Shown: positions 7,845-16,224 of the stretch, in pieces
How the letters are laid out: the number at the start of each line of letters is the position of its first letter
Position numbering within the stretch: the first letter of the stretch is position 1
DNA from: Candidatus Heimdallarchaeota archaeon
GTDB lineage: Archaea; Asgardarchaeota; Heimdallarchaeia; Heimdallarchaeales; Kariarchaeaceae
Length of the DNA: 32,000 nt
Direction: 5' to 3'
Assembly: GCA_030149205.1 (NCBI GenBank)
Contig: JASBSB010000008.1
Location: forward strand, 1-32,000
Notes under the pieces: generated by a model
The model's input: the letters and a program-made list of their open reading frames with translations, nothing else
The model's database searches: none
What the model was told of the DNA's origin: nothing
Made by a program: the position numbers and the translations under genes

Positions 7845-9152
7845 TTAATTACGCTTCATTACAACAATAAATTCGTTTAACATTGTAGGATTTGTTTTAC
7901 CTTTTACATTTGTTGGACTATTTCGTGAAGGCATAGTTTTATTTGGTATATCTCGTACATAGATTCCTTCGAGATCATATCCAAAATTTGAGAGCATCTC
8001 AACAGTTATTTTATCAGTTTCGATCCAAATTCCTTTCACAGTTCTATTACCCACAACGTAACAAATAGTTGAATTTTCATTTAATATTTTTTCTAAGCTT
8101 AAAAACACCTCATAATACCCCTGAAAAAACCTATTTACTTCAAGTGCTCTTTTTTCATCCTTTTGGGATATACTTTCCAAAGTTGAATCTAATGTATCAG
8201 ACAAATATTTTAAATTTATTTTTTTATGATTTGTTCTTGATCCACCCAACAACCTCGAATCCAATTGATTTGCAGGTTTTGTCCCCAACTCTAAAAGTTC
8301 GTTAGCAAACTGTGAAAATTGTCCATATGCAACTGTGGTTTTTGAATCTCCATAAGGTGGAGAGGTTAGAACTCCATCAACCTCTTTATTTTCAAGAAAA
8401 TCTAAGCTTCGAGCATCAGCATGATAAACTTCTGAATGTTTTGTGTTACTAGGTATTTCATCCACGAAATTCTTTAACCCAGAAATATTTCTCCTTATCT
8501 TACTATTAAATAGTCCTAAAACATCAGGATTCCAATCCTCGATTTTTTGCTTTTCCATTCTATATCTTTTAAATTCAGAATTTCTGGTAAAGGAGACTTC
8601 TCTAATTGTTTCGGATAAACAAACTAAAAAAAACTCTTTATGGGATTCTTCACTGATGTCTTTGTAAATCAATTTTTTTAGTAGGATTAATTTTTTTAAT
8701 ACATCACTTGAGAACCAAACATTAGGATTTGTTAAATTTAATTCATCTATAGAATTTATCGTATAAGATTGTAACTTTTTTTTGAAATTAATAATCAATT
8801 TGTTATGTAAAACGGTTAAGTCCTTAATTTTAATGGGAGTAGTTTTCACTCTGCTGATTAGTACGGCCAGGGGATTCAAGTCAACTCCAATACTGTTTTT
8901 ACCCATAAGCATAGATTCTACTAAAACAGAGCCACTTCCTACAAACGGGTCTAAGACCATTTTTTTGTCAACTAGCCAATTTGAAAGACAATATTTAGCA
9001 ACAGGTCCAATCATCATTGCTGGGTACCTATGAAATTCATGTGTGGCATATTTAGTTTCTGTCTTTCTAAAATCTAATTCATAAATTCTTTTACGAATTA
9101 AATTTGGAAATCTGGATATTGTTGATTCTGGATCAGATATTACTTTACCCAA
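7845..9152 (-). CDS. Type II DNA methyltransferase, N4-cytosine type (M.MvaI-like)
   Basis: HRYPAMM, DPFVGSGS (motif I), GVDLNPLA and TSPPYGDSKTTVAYGQFS (motif IV, SPPY). Order is motif I, TRD, motif IV. Directly downstream of the endonuclease. TTG start. Confidence 0.88.
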   Translation of the reverse strand: MGKVISDPESTISRFPNLIRKRIYELDFRKTETKYATHEFHRYPAMMIGPVAKYCLSNWLVDKKMVLDPFVGSGSVLVESMLMGKNSIGVDLNPLAVLISRVKTTPIKIKDLTVLHNKLIINFKKKLQSYTINSIDELNLTNPNVWFSSDVLKKLILLKKLIYKDISEESHKEFFLVCLSETIREVSFTRNSEFKRYRMEKQKIEDWNPDVLGLFNSKIRRNISGLKNFVDEIPSNTKHSEVYHADARSLDFLENKEVDGVLTSPPYGDSKTTVAYGQFSQFANELLELGTKPANQLDSRLLGGSRTNHKKINLKYLSDTLDSTLESISQKDEKRALEVNRFFQGYYEVFLSLEKILNENSTICYVVGNRTVKGIWIETDKITVEMLSNFGYDLEGIYVRDIPNKTMPSRNSPTNVKGKTNPTMLNEFIVVMKRN

Positions 9153-9189
9153 TTATGACCAATCCTTATAGAAATTATTTTGTTAAGTA

Positions 9190-10020
9190 TTAAAAGTAAT
9201 CATCAAGAGTCTTGTTTGAAATTGAATCATTTTGACTGTTTTGATTGAAACTCTCATCCTCAGTAAATCCAAGCTTATTAGGTTCAAAATTTGTGTATAA
9301 TTCAGTGAGTTTTGTAGGCGGGATTCTAAACCCTGAACCATGATCATGCGGTTTCCCTCTTTTTGACCCTGATTTATATGTTCCAATCCTAATATCATAC
9401 ATAATTATTCCCTGTTCAATTAAATTTAAGAATTTTTCCCACTTTACATCACTAAAGAGAGAGTAATCGTAAAATTTGAAATACTCAACTCCATCTATTT
9501 TTTTCGATTTTACATTAACAAAGACTAAATATTGTAATTTACTGAAAAGCTTAGATTTTAGGTCAGAAAAGGTATAAAATATATCTGTCTCTTCAATTTG
9601 ATCATTTTCCAAATTCTTAACCACAAGCTTAATTTGATTTTTTTTGTTGTCAATTTTGATTTTCATCCCCCAAAGTCCATAACAATTAGTAAATCTATTT
9701 GCAAATATACTGACATGTAATTTTTTTATTTCTGGGTTGCTCTCAGTAGAGATTCCAAATTTATCTCTTAATAACCGATTTGCTCCAGATGGTTCTGACG
9801 GAGATTTAGTAAACAAAGTTAATAAAGATTGGGCAGAGTCACGTTGACTCTTAATTTCAATGTTTTTAAAATCTGGTTGACTAAGATTATTCTCTTGGAT
9901 TTCCATCAAATCTTCAAGAGTCTTCCCTACTCCAGTATTATGCCTTCTATTTGATTTGACCCAACCTAAATTCACAATTTTTCTAAATAACAGATCAAAT
10001 TCCTCGATTTCATTCCCCAT
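9190..10020 (-). CDS. MvaI/BcnI-family restriction endonuclease with C-terminal PIP-box-like extension
   Basis: GVGKTLEDLMEIQENN..PD...IEIKSQR (PD-(D/E)xK), LTLFTKSP and HDHGSGFRI are typical of the MvaI/BcnI family. Start likely ATG 10020 (ORF track TTG 10044). Confidence 0.85.
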   Translation of the reverse strand: MGNEIEEFDLLFRKIVNLGWVKSNRRHNTGVGKTLEDLMEIQENNLSQPDFKNIEIKSQRDSAQSLLTLFTKSPSEPSGANRLLRDKFGISTESNPEIKKLHVSIFANRFTNCYGLWGMKIKIDNKKNQIKLVVKNLENDQIEETDIFYTFSDLKSKLFSKLQYLVFVNVKSKKIDGVEYFKFYDYSLFSDVKWEKFLNLIEQGIIMYDIRIGTYKSGSKRGKPHDHGSGFRIPPTKLTELYTNFEPNKLGFTEDESFNQNSQNDSISNKTLDDYF

Positions 10021-10132
10021 AAATTTGCAAATACTTTTTATCAAAACAGGTTATTAAGTTTTTCCGGTTAGAATTGTGCTAAAAATCATATTCTGATAAG
10101 AAAAGATAAGACATATTTGAAAATATTTCAAT

Positions 10133-11257
10133 GTGGTTTTTTCAACCCCTACAGAGGAAGAAACTGGACAACAGAAGGAACTCCACTACATCCTTCATGT
10201 TGATTTAGACATGTTCTTTGCTGCTGTAGAAATAAAGTTTAACCCTTCGCTTGTTGGAAAACCACTCATTGTCGGAAACCCTCGAGCCAGGGAAAGTGGT
10301 AAGGGTGTCGTTCTAACCTGCTCCTATGAAGCCAGAAAATTTGGGGTTAGGTCTGGAATGTCCATGTTTGAAGCCCTCAAAAGATGTCCGGAAGCAGAGA
10401 TTTCAAACTCAGCTCGTAACGAATACAGGCCAACCTCAAAAAGAATAATGAGTTTATTGAAATCTTATGGAGTCCGAATCAGAATTTCAAGTGTAGATGA
10501 AGCTTACATGGATTTAACCCCACGAGTCAATTCATTTGAGGATGCCAGAAAATTTGCTAAAGAACTGCAATCCATGGTTTTTGAAAGAGAGGGACTAACC
10601 TGTTCAGTTGGGGTAGGTCCAACCTTAAAAATTGCAAAGATAGCATCTGATTACAACAAACCAAACGGAATTACAATTGTAACGCTTGATGACCTCCCCA
10701 GTTTTTTTGCAGGATTAGAACTACGAAAAATACCAGGAATAGGAAAAGCGACTGCAGAAAGACTTGAACTAAAAGGGCTAAAATATTGTGATGATTTAAT
10801 AAATCTATCAGAATCTGAACTTATCGGGTTAGTTGGAAAGTTTGGGAGGCATCTTTTTAGGTTGTTTAGAGGCGAGACACTGAACTACATCCCAGATCGA
10901 CAACCAAGAAAATCTGTGAGTCACGAAAGTACATTCTACGCTTCACCGGGTGATCATGAACGTTTTTTTCAAATTTTTAATAAGCTGTTTGATCAGACTT
11001 GGGAGATCTTAGAAAGAGAAAATTGGAAGACAAAAACTGTAAATGTTAAAATTAGATTCAGAGGCTTTAAAACATTAACGCGCTCAGAATCTTTGGAATA
11101 TTTCACAAACAACAAACAGCTCCTCTACAAGTTAGCTCTAGGTCTAGTGTTACCCTTTTTTAATGATGAAAGGGGTTTGAGACTAATTGGTGTTGGTTTT
11201 TCAAATCTAAGACAAAGAGAGAGACAACAACATTCACTGTTAGAGTTTATCTCATAA
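10133..11257 (+). CDS. dinB: Y-family DNA polymerase IV (DinB/Dbh)
   Basis: LHVDLDMFFAAVE, CSYEARKFGVRSGM, SVDEAYMD, AKIASDYNKPNG, IPGIGK and RKSVSHESTF. Ends in QHSLLEFI. Confidence 0.96.
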   Translation: MVFSTPTEEETGQQKELHYILHVDLDMFFAAVEIKFNPSLVGKPLIVGNPRARESGKGVVLTCSYEARKFGVRSGMSMFEALKRCPEAEISNSARNEYRPTSKRIMSLLKSYGVRIRISSVDEAYMDLTPRVNSFEDARKFAKELQSMVFEREGLTCSVGVGPTLKIAKIASDYNKPNGITIVTLDDLPSFFAGLELRKIPGIGKATAERLELKGLKYCDDLINLSESELIGLVGKFGRHLFRLFRGETLNYIPDRQPRKSVSHESTFYASPGDHERFFQIFNKLFDQTWEILERENWKTKTVNVKIRFRGFKTLTRSESLEYFTNNKQLLYKLALGLVLPFFNDERGLRLIGVGFSNLRQRERQQHSLLEFIS

Positions 11258-12127
11258 ATGTTGAGAAAACTCAACCAAACCTAACAATTCTTCACTTGAA
11301 AGTGGATTTAGGGCATTCTTATTAATTAGAAAGATTCGATCCATGAGATTTGCAATGAGATTCTTTGTTTCTTCTTTGGTTGAGATAAGCCATCGTAAAT
11401 CTTCAGGGTTCTCAAATAATATTTTATTTACTGCAGTCAAAAAATTATCATAAGTTTGAAGCTCTCCTTCAGATAGTTTTTCTTCTGTTATACGATCTAA
11501 TGTTGTCTCTTCCAATAATTTGTTATTTCTATCAATTTCATCAATTCCAGTATTTATTGAACCAACAAATTTTGAATTTTGGTAAATCTTGGTTTTGAAA
11601 TATCCAGGTTCGATTAAATAAACTTTTGCAATATTTGTTATTTCATCACTTAACCCTTCTGCTAATGCCTCCATTGCAAATTTTGTCATACTGTATGAAA
11701 CAGTGCCAGCACTCGATACCAAACCATCATCAGAACTCACAAAGATTATATTTCCATTATTTTTTGCTAAATTTGGAAATATATTAATTAAAATTTCCAG
11801 ATGCCCAAATAAGTTTATTTGAAAGATCTCTCTAAATCTTTCAATTGGAGTATTTAGTATATTTCCAAAATGTATGACACCCGCATTATGTATAACACCT
11901 TTAATTTGATAATTTTCATTTTTTAAATCATTTAGAAAATTTGTAATAGATTTTTTATTAAAAAGATCTACATTTTTATAAATCAATTGTTTAGAGGCTT
12001 TAAAGGGGACTGTAGTTAAGTCTCTAACAGTCGCAATGACTTGTTCTCCCTTAGAAATTAAAAATTCTGTTAATACTCTTCCAAATCCAGAGCTGGATCC
12101 AATGATAAGATAGTACTTATTCAACAT
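11252..12127 (-). CDS. Classical short-chain dehydrogenase/reductase
   Basis: GSSSGFG (TGxxxGxG-like), HNAG, VSS, YSMTK (YxxxK) and IEPG. Confidence 0.9.
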   Translation of the reverse strand: MLNKYYLIIGSSSGFGRVLTEFLISKGEQVIATVRDLTTVPFKASKQLIYKNVDLFNKKSITNFLNDLKNENYQIKGVIHNAGVIHFGNILNTPIERFREIFQINLFGHLEILINIFPNLAKNNGNIIFVSSDDGLVSSAGTVSYSMTKFAMEALAEGLSDEITNIAKVYLIEPGYFKTKIYQNSKFVGSINTGIDEIDRNNKLLEETTLDRITEEKLSEGELQTYDNFLTAVNKILFENPEDLRWLISTKEETKNLIANLMDRIFLINKNALNPLSSEELLGLVEFSQHL

Positions 12128-12189
12128 GATAATAAAGGGATAAATAATTTAACTCTACAGCTTTTGACAGAGACAATTTGTTCATATCA

Positions 12190-13140
12190 TTATTTTTTAT
12201 GTTGAGACTCCTCAACCCAAGCAGTAACAAGTAATGGTAAAACTATTGTCACATCAGAATAAACTGTGACCTTAGGTGACTCCCACGTAAGTTTTCCCCA
12301 GCTAACTGCTTCCGTTAAGGTGGCTCCCGAAAGCCCCCCTGTTTCAACTCTGTCCATAGTTATGGCAATCCCGTACTGGTAATCTTTGTCACTCATTAAA
12401 CTAGATTGTAACATGTAATTTTTGGGAACACCACCCCCTGCGATTAAAGCCAAGGTTTTTTCAGAATCATGAAAATAGTTCTGTATCACCTCTAAATCTC
12501 TCATTTCATCGACAATTATTGTTTTAAATTGTGATCTCAACCAAATCTGTAATCCTAAAACTGAATCCGCGATGACAGGCACAAAAATTGGTACAGAGTA
12601 CTGAGAGGCAACTTTAACGATACTTTCATCATCTTTTAATTTTGGACCCAACCATGAAAGAAATTCATGAGATGAAGTAATTAATTGCCCCTCTTTGTTT
12701 TTAGTCTCATAAAACTCATCAATTAATATCTTAATATTGTCCTCAAAATTAGGGAACCCTGTTTCGGGAACAAAGGCGTTGTAAACTCTATCAATACCTC
12801 TTTCCCGAAGTTCCTGATCTGATTCAGCGTCCACTCTTTGAAGATGTTTAACTCCAAAAGCTTCGATTAGATCATGTGTAATATTTGCACCTGTTGTAAC
12901 AATTAGATCAATCATTCCACTTTTAATTGCTGTGGTAATAACTTTCCTCATCCCTCCAGGAACCATTGCACCTGCAAGAGAGAGAAATACTTTAGCTCCA
13001 TCAGCCTTTGCTTTAAACAAGATATCCTTAGCTTTGCCTAGATTGCCACCTCCAAACACTCCTGTTTTTGCAAATTCATCCAACAAATCATTGATAGATG
13101 AGACATTTTCAGGGTTGAAATGATGAACAGATTTCTTCAT
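12190..13140 (-). CDS. dys: Deoxyhypusine synthase
   Basis: GAMVPGGMR, TTGANITHD, GGGVPKN, GGLSGATLTEAVSWGK (catalytic Lys) and SDVTIVLP. Confidence 0.95.
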   Translation of the reverse strand: MKKSVHHFNPENVSSINDLLDEFAKTGVFGGGNLGKAKDILFKAKADGAKVFLSLAGAMVPGGMRKVITTAIKSGMIDLIVTTGANITHDLIEAFGVKHLQRVDAESDQELRERGIDRVYNAFVPETGFPNFEDNIKILIDEFYETKNKEGQLITSSHEFLSWLGPKLKDDESIVKVASQYSVPIFVPVIADSVLGLQIWLRSQFKTIIVDEMRDLEVIQNYFHDSEKTLALIAGGGVPKNYMLQSSLMSDKDYQYGIAITMDRVETGGLSGATLTEAVSWGKLTWESPKVTVYSDVTIVLPLLVTAWVEESQHKK

Positions 13141-13193
13141 ACATCGTCCTAATCATTATCTGTAAAAGTTTATAGATTATTTTCTCGATTAGT

Positions 13194-13454
13194 TCATAAT
13201 TTTATGGCACAACTCGGACAGTAGGTCCAATCAGATTCGACAGGTCTTCCACAATTCCAACAATACTTTGACTTTTCGAAAGAATTAAGATTTTCTTGAA
13301 AATATTTCGCTGAGGGTTTATCAGTTGATTTTTTGAAAATAAACGGAGGAATAAAAAAGAAGAAAAATAGAAATGGAAATTTAAAGAATATAAAAGCTAT
13401 CAAATTGAGAATTGAAAGCACAAATAGGATATTCATAACGATCCTCCAATTCAC
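13194..13454 (-). CDS. Small membrane protein with C-terminal double-CxxC zinc ribbon
   Basis: Hydrophobic N-terminal ~40 aa, then CWNCG...YCPSC. Confidence 0.75.
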   Translation of the reverse strand: MNWRIVMNILFVLSILNLIAFIFFKFPFLFFFFFIPPFIFKKSTDKPSAKYFQENLNSFEKSKYCWNCGRPVESDWTYCPSCAIKL

Positions 13455-13581
13455 AATTGTACTGAAACAACCCTATTAAAAATGACTTAGAAATGTTCAT
13501 TATCTATTCATTTCAGAAAATTATGATGTGATTAATTATTTAGGGTGAGAATTTATTCTCATTCACTTAAAAACAAATCTT

Positions 13582-14403
13582 TTAATTGTTAGGGACTTCA
13601 ACTCCTTTTGTTCCTGTTCCTCGATGAGCAATTATTGGAGCTTCTCCTTCTGATGCATATCGTGGATAAATTGAGAGTTTATCACTTATTCTAAGTAATT
13701 CAGGGTACTGTTTCTCAAGTTCAACCTGACCAAGATTTGTCCCAAGTTCAAGATTATATTCATTTGCAAGTTTCAAAATTGAATCATATTTTCCTTGAAC
13801 CAAATGGAGAGGGCCAAGAATGAACTGTCTTGCAAACAAAACACCAGCATATCCCATCTTATGAGCATGCAAAATTGCTGGTTTAATTCTCTTTGAAATA
13901 AAGGTCCAAAGGAGTTTGAGATACATTGGTTTAGATATAGTTACAGTTTGACACTCGTTAAGTGCAGGAATTATTGGATATGATGGAAAACTTTGTCTAA
14001 ATGGAAATAACAATGTTTCTGAAAAAGATATAAAGCGTATAGATTTAGTTGGAAAATTTAATTCGTTAACAAGACTAGTAAATTTTTGGTAAAAGGTTTT
14101 TGCCAATGGTTTTTCAACTAGCATCTTACCATTGCAGTTTGGTTTTAGCTCGATTAGGAAAACCTTCCCCTGCGCGGCAAAAGACCGAGTATCTTGGTGA
14201 TCTAAAAATTCTCTTAAAGTGGGGATACCCCTCGCTTCAAGCTCTTTTAGTGATAATGTAGCAATGTATTCGCCACTGGTTAGGAATGGATCATGATGAA
14301 TTACCAAACCATTGTCCTTTGTAAGCCGAATATCAAATTCAACACCGTCAAAATTTTTTAAACCCCAATGTAACCCATCGATAGTGTTTGGTTCAAATCT
14401 CAC
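13582..14403 (-). CDS. Glycerophosphodiester phosphodiesterase family protein, apparently circularly permuted
   Basis: N-terminus has EPNT...DGVEFDIRLTKD..LVIHHD and LIELKP. The IIAHRG motif is at the C-terminus (about 13618-13635). Confidence 0.8.
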   Translation of the reverse strand: MRFEPNTIDGLHWGLKNFDGVEFDIRLTKDNGLVIHHDPFLTSGEYIATLSLKELEARGIPTLREFLDHQDTRSFAAQGKVFLIELKPNCNGKMLVEKPLAKTFYQKFTSLVNELNFPTKSIRFISFSETLLFPFRQSFPSYPIIPALNECQTVTISKPMYLKLLWTFISKRIKPAILHAHKMGYAGVLFARQFILGPLHLVQGKYDSILKLANEYNLELGTNLGQVELEKQYPELLRISDKLSIYPRYASEGEAPIIAHRGTGTKGVEVPNN

Positions 14404-14495
14404 AATTTATGACTCAAAGTTATAATTATTAAAGCTTAACACGTAAGATGGATTTATAACTAAATCTACTTAAACAAACTTCTAAGGATTGATTA

Positions 14496-15653
14496 TTGAC
14501 TTCACAAGAAGAAGTTCCATTAAGTAGTTCAGCTTATGATATGATTTGGACCCAATTACAAGAGCTTCAGAATAAGTTCTCTTCAACGTGGTGGTTTTTC
14601 CTCCTATTTCCCGAACAAGAACTTGGTTATGGCCCAAAACAAATGATGTTTACTTTTGCTTCGAAAACTGGTGAACTTATAAGAGTAAGCACTTCTGAGG
14701 AAAAAGCAAATAACAATTGGCAATCCGGTATGGGATATAAGAGAGATATAAAAGAAGGGGTCGATGAATTCTGGACAACTGTAGTTGGTTGGATCTACGA
14801 TGGTGAGAAAATGCATCATGAAATTGTCCATCAACCAAGTCTAGCCTCTTTGAACATTAAGGGCAATCTAACAGCAGTAGATCCAAAAACTGGATACGGA
14901 GGGAAGCTCAGAAAGGATCTATCGCGTCCTAATGGCATTCAGGTAGAATTTGTTGGACAAGATGGATCTGCAAAATTTATGGTATATTCAGTAAGCGATA
15001 ATTATGTGGATCACCCAGAGGTATCTGATATACGGACAAAATTTGGAGGAACTCACCTAGTTGCTTGGAGAAGGTTCAGATTTGAGGGGGACTTTGAATA
15101 TAACAATGAAATTCACTCCCATCATGGTCTTGGGTATTTTCAGAGGGTATGTATGAATATTCCTATGTTCCCCTGGAAATGGGTGTTTATTTATTTTAAG
15201 GATAAATCAATATTGTCATTTTTTGGCGGGTACATTGCGCCACATATATTTAGAAGAAAATCTCGGTTTGCCAGGGATCGTTTGGAAAATTTCTATCACC
15301 CTATGCAACTCTCTGGATATTTGCACTTAGAGAATGAAAAGAAATTGATAAAATTTGACAAAGTCAAAATAACAGATAAAATCTCAAAAAAAAGAGAGCT
15401 CACACACCTTATCATTAAAGCAGAAAATTTGAATGGTGATGTTATTAAAGTCAAGTGTAAGATTCACTCACATGCACAATTTCTTTTAGACAAGAAATTT
15501 TTCAGTGAAAAATTATACTCTCGTCATAACTATAACGAGTTTATATTAGAGGTTATCAATCTTACAGGAACCGTTGGGGATAAAGAATTATCAATCGAAA
15601 AACTAGGTGAGGGTTGGGGAAATCACGAATACACTTGGGGATTTAGTGTGTGA
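14496..15653 (+). CDS. Hypothetical beta-rich, aromatic-rich protein (possible AttH/tocopherol-cyclase-like double barrel)
   Basis: 385 aa ORF with normal coding bias. STWWFF, GLGYFQRV, FPWKWVF and WGNHEYTWG patterns loosely suggest a lipocalin-like/AttH fold (weak). Confidence 0.6.
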   Translation: MTSQEEVPLSSSAYDMIWTQLQELQNKFSSTWWFFLLFPEQELGYGPKQMMFTFASKTGELIRVSTSEEKANNNWQSGMGYKRDIKEGVDEFWTTVVGWIYDGEKMHHEIVHQPSLASLNIKGNLTAVDPKTGYGGKLRKDLSRPNGIQVEFVGQDGSAKFMVYSVSDNYVDHPEVSDIRTKFGGTHLVAWRRFRFEGDFEYNNEIHSHHGLGYFQRVCMNIPMFPWKWVFIYFKDKSILSFFGGYIAPHIFRRKSRFARDRLENFYHPMQLSGYLHLENEKKLIKFDKVKITDKISKKRELTHLIIKAENLNGDVIKVKCKIHSHAQFLLDKKFFSEKLYSRHNYNEFILEVINLTGTVGDKELSIEKLGEGWGNHEYTWGFSV

Positions 15654-15672
15654 AATGTTAAAGAAATATATC

Positions 15673-16095
15673 TCAGGCACTCTTAACCTGCTGTGCTTTC
15701 ATCGTCCGAAATGATTTATCCTTTTGTTTTTTCGGACTAGATTTTTTTTTCTTAGATAATGGAACAGTGAGAGCGAGGTCTACTATCGTTTTGTATAATG
15801 GTTCAAGTGACCTTCCAACAGGTGTTAAAAAGTATTTTACTTTTTTAGGGGTTCTTGGGTCACTGATTATAATCTGAATCACATTTAGTGAAATTAATTC
15901 TTGAAGTCTTTTAGACAAAATCCCAGGAGATATGCCCATTATTGTTTTTTCAAATTCTGAGAACGAGATGGCTTGCTCAGGTTTCTGATAAAACTCACCT
16001 AAAATTTTTAGATTCCATTTTTTACAAATTGCATCAGTAAAAAATGAGACAATTTTTCTATCCTTTTCATTTAGTTTTGAAACCATCATTAACAT
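15673..16095 (-). CDS. HxlR-family winged-helix transcriptional regulator
   Basis: KWNLKIL...SFSEFEKTIMGISPGILSKRLQEL...P.KVKYFLTPVGRSLEP. Confidence 0.88.
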   Translation of the reverse strand: MLMMVSKLNEKDRKIVSFFTDAICKKWNLKILGEFYQKPEQAISFSEFEKTIMGISPGILSKRLQELISLNVIQIIISDPRTPKKVKYFLTPVGRSLEPLYKTIVDLALTVPLSKKKKSSPKKQKDKSFRTMKAQQVKSA

Positions 16096-16224
16096 TTATA
16101 CTCACAACTATATTAAATATATCATTTATGATTATTAAAAAATTTAAAGTTATTTTGCATTTTTTCAACATTTGTTCACAATAATTGATTTTAAATAGAA
16201 TGTTGATAGATTAATCAAGCATTT

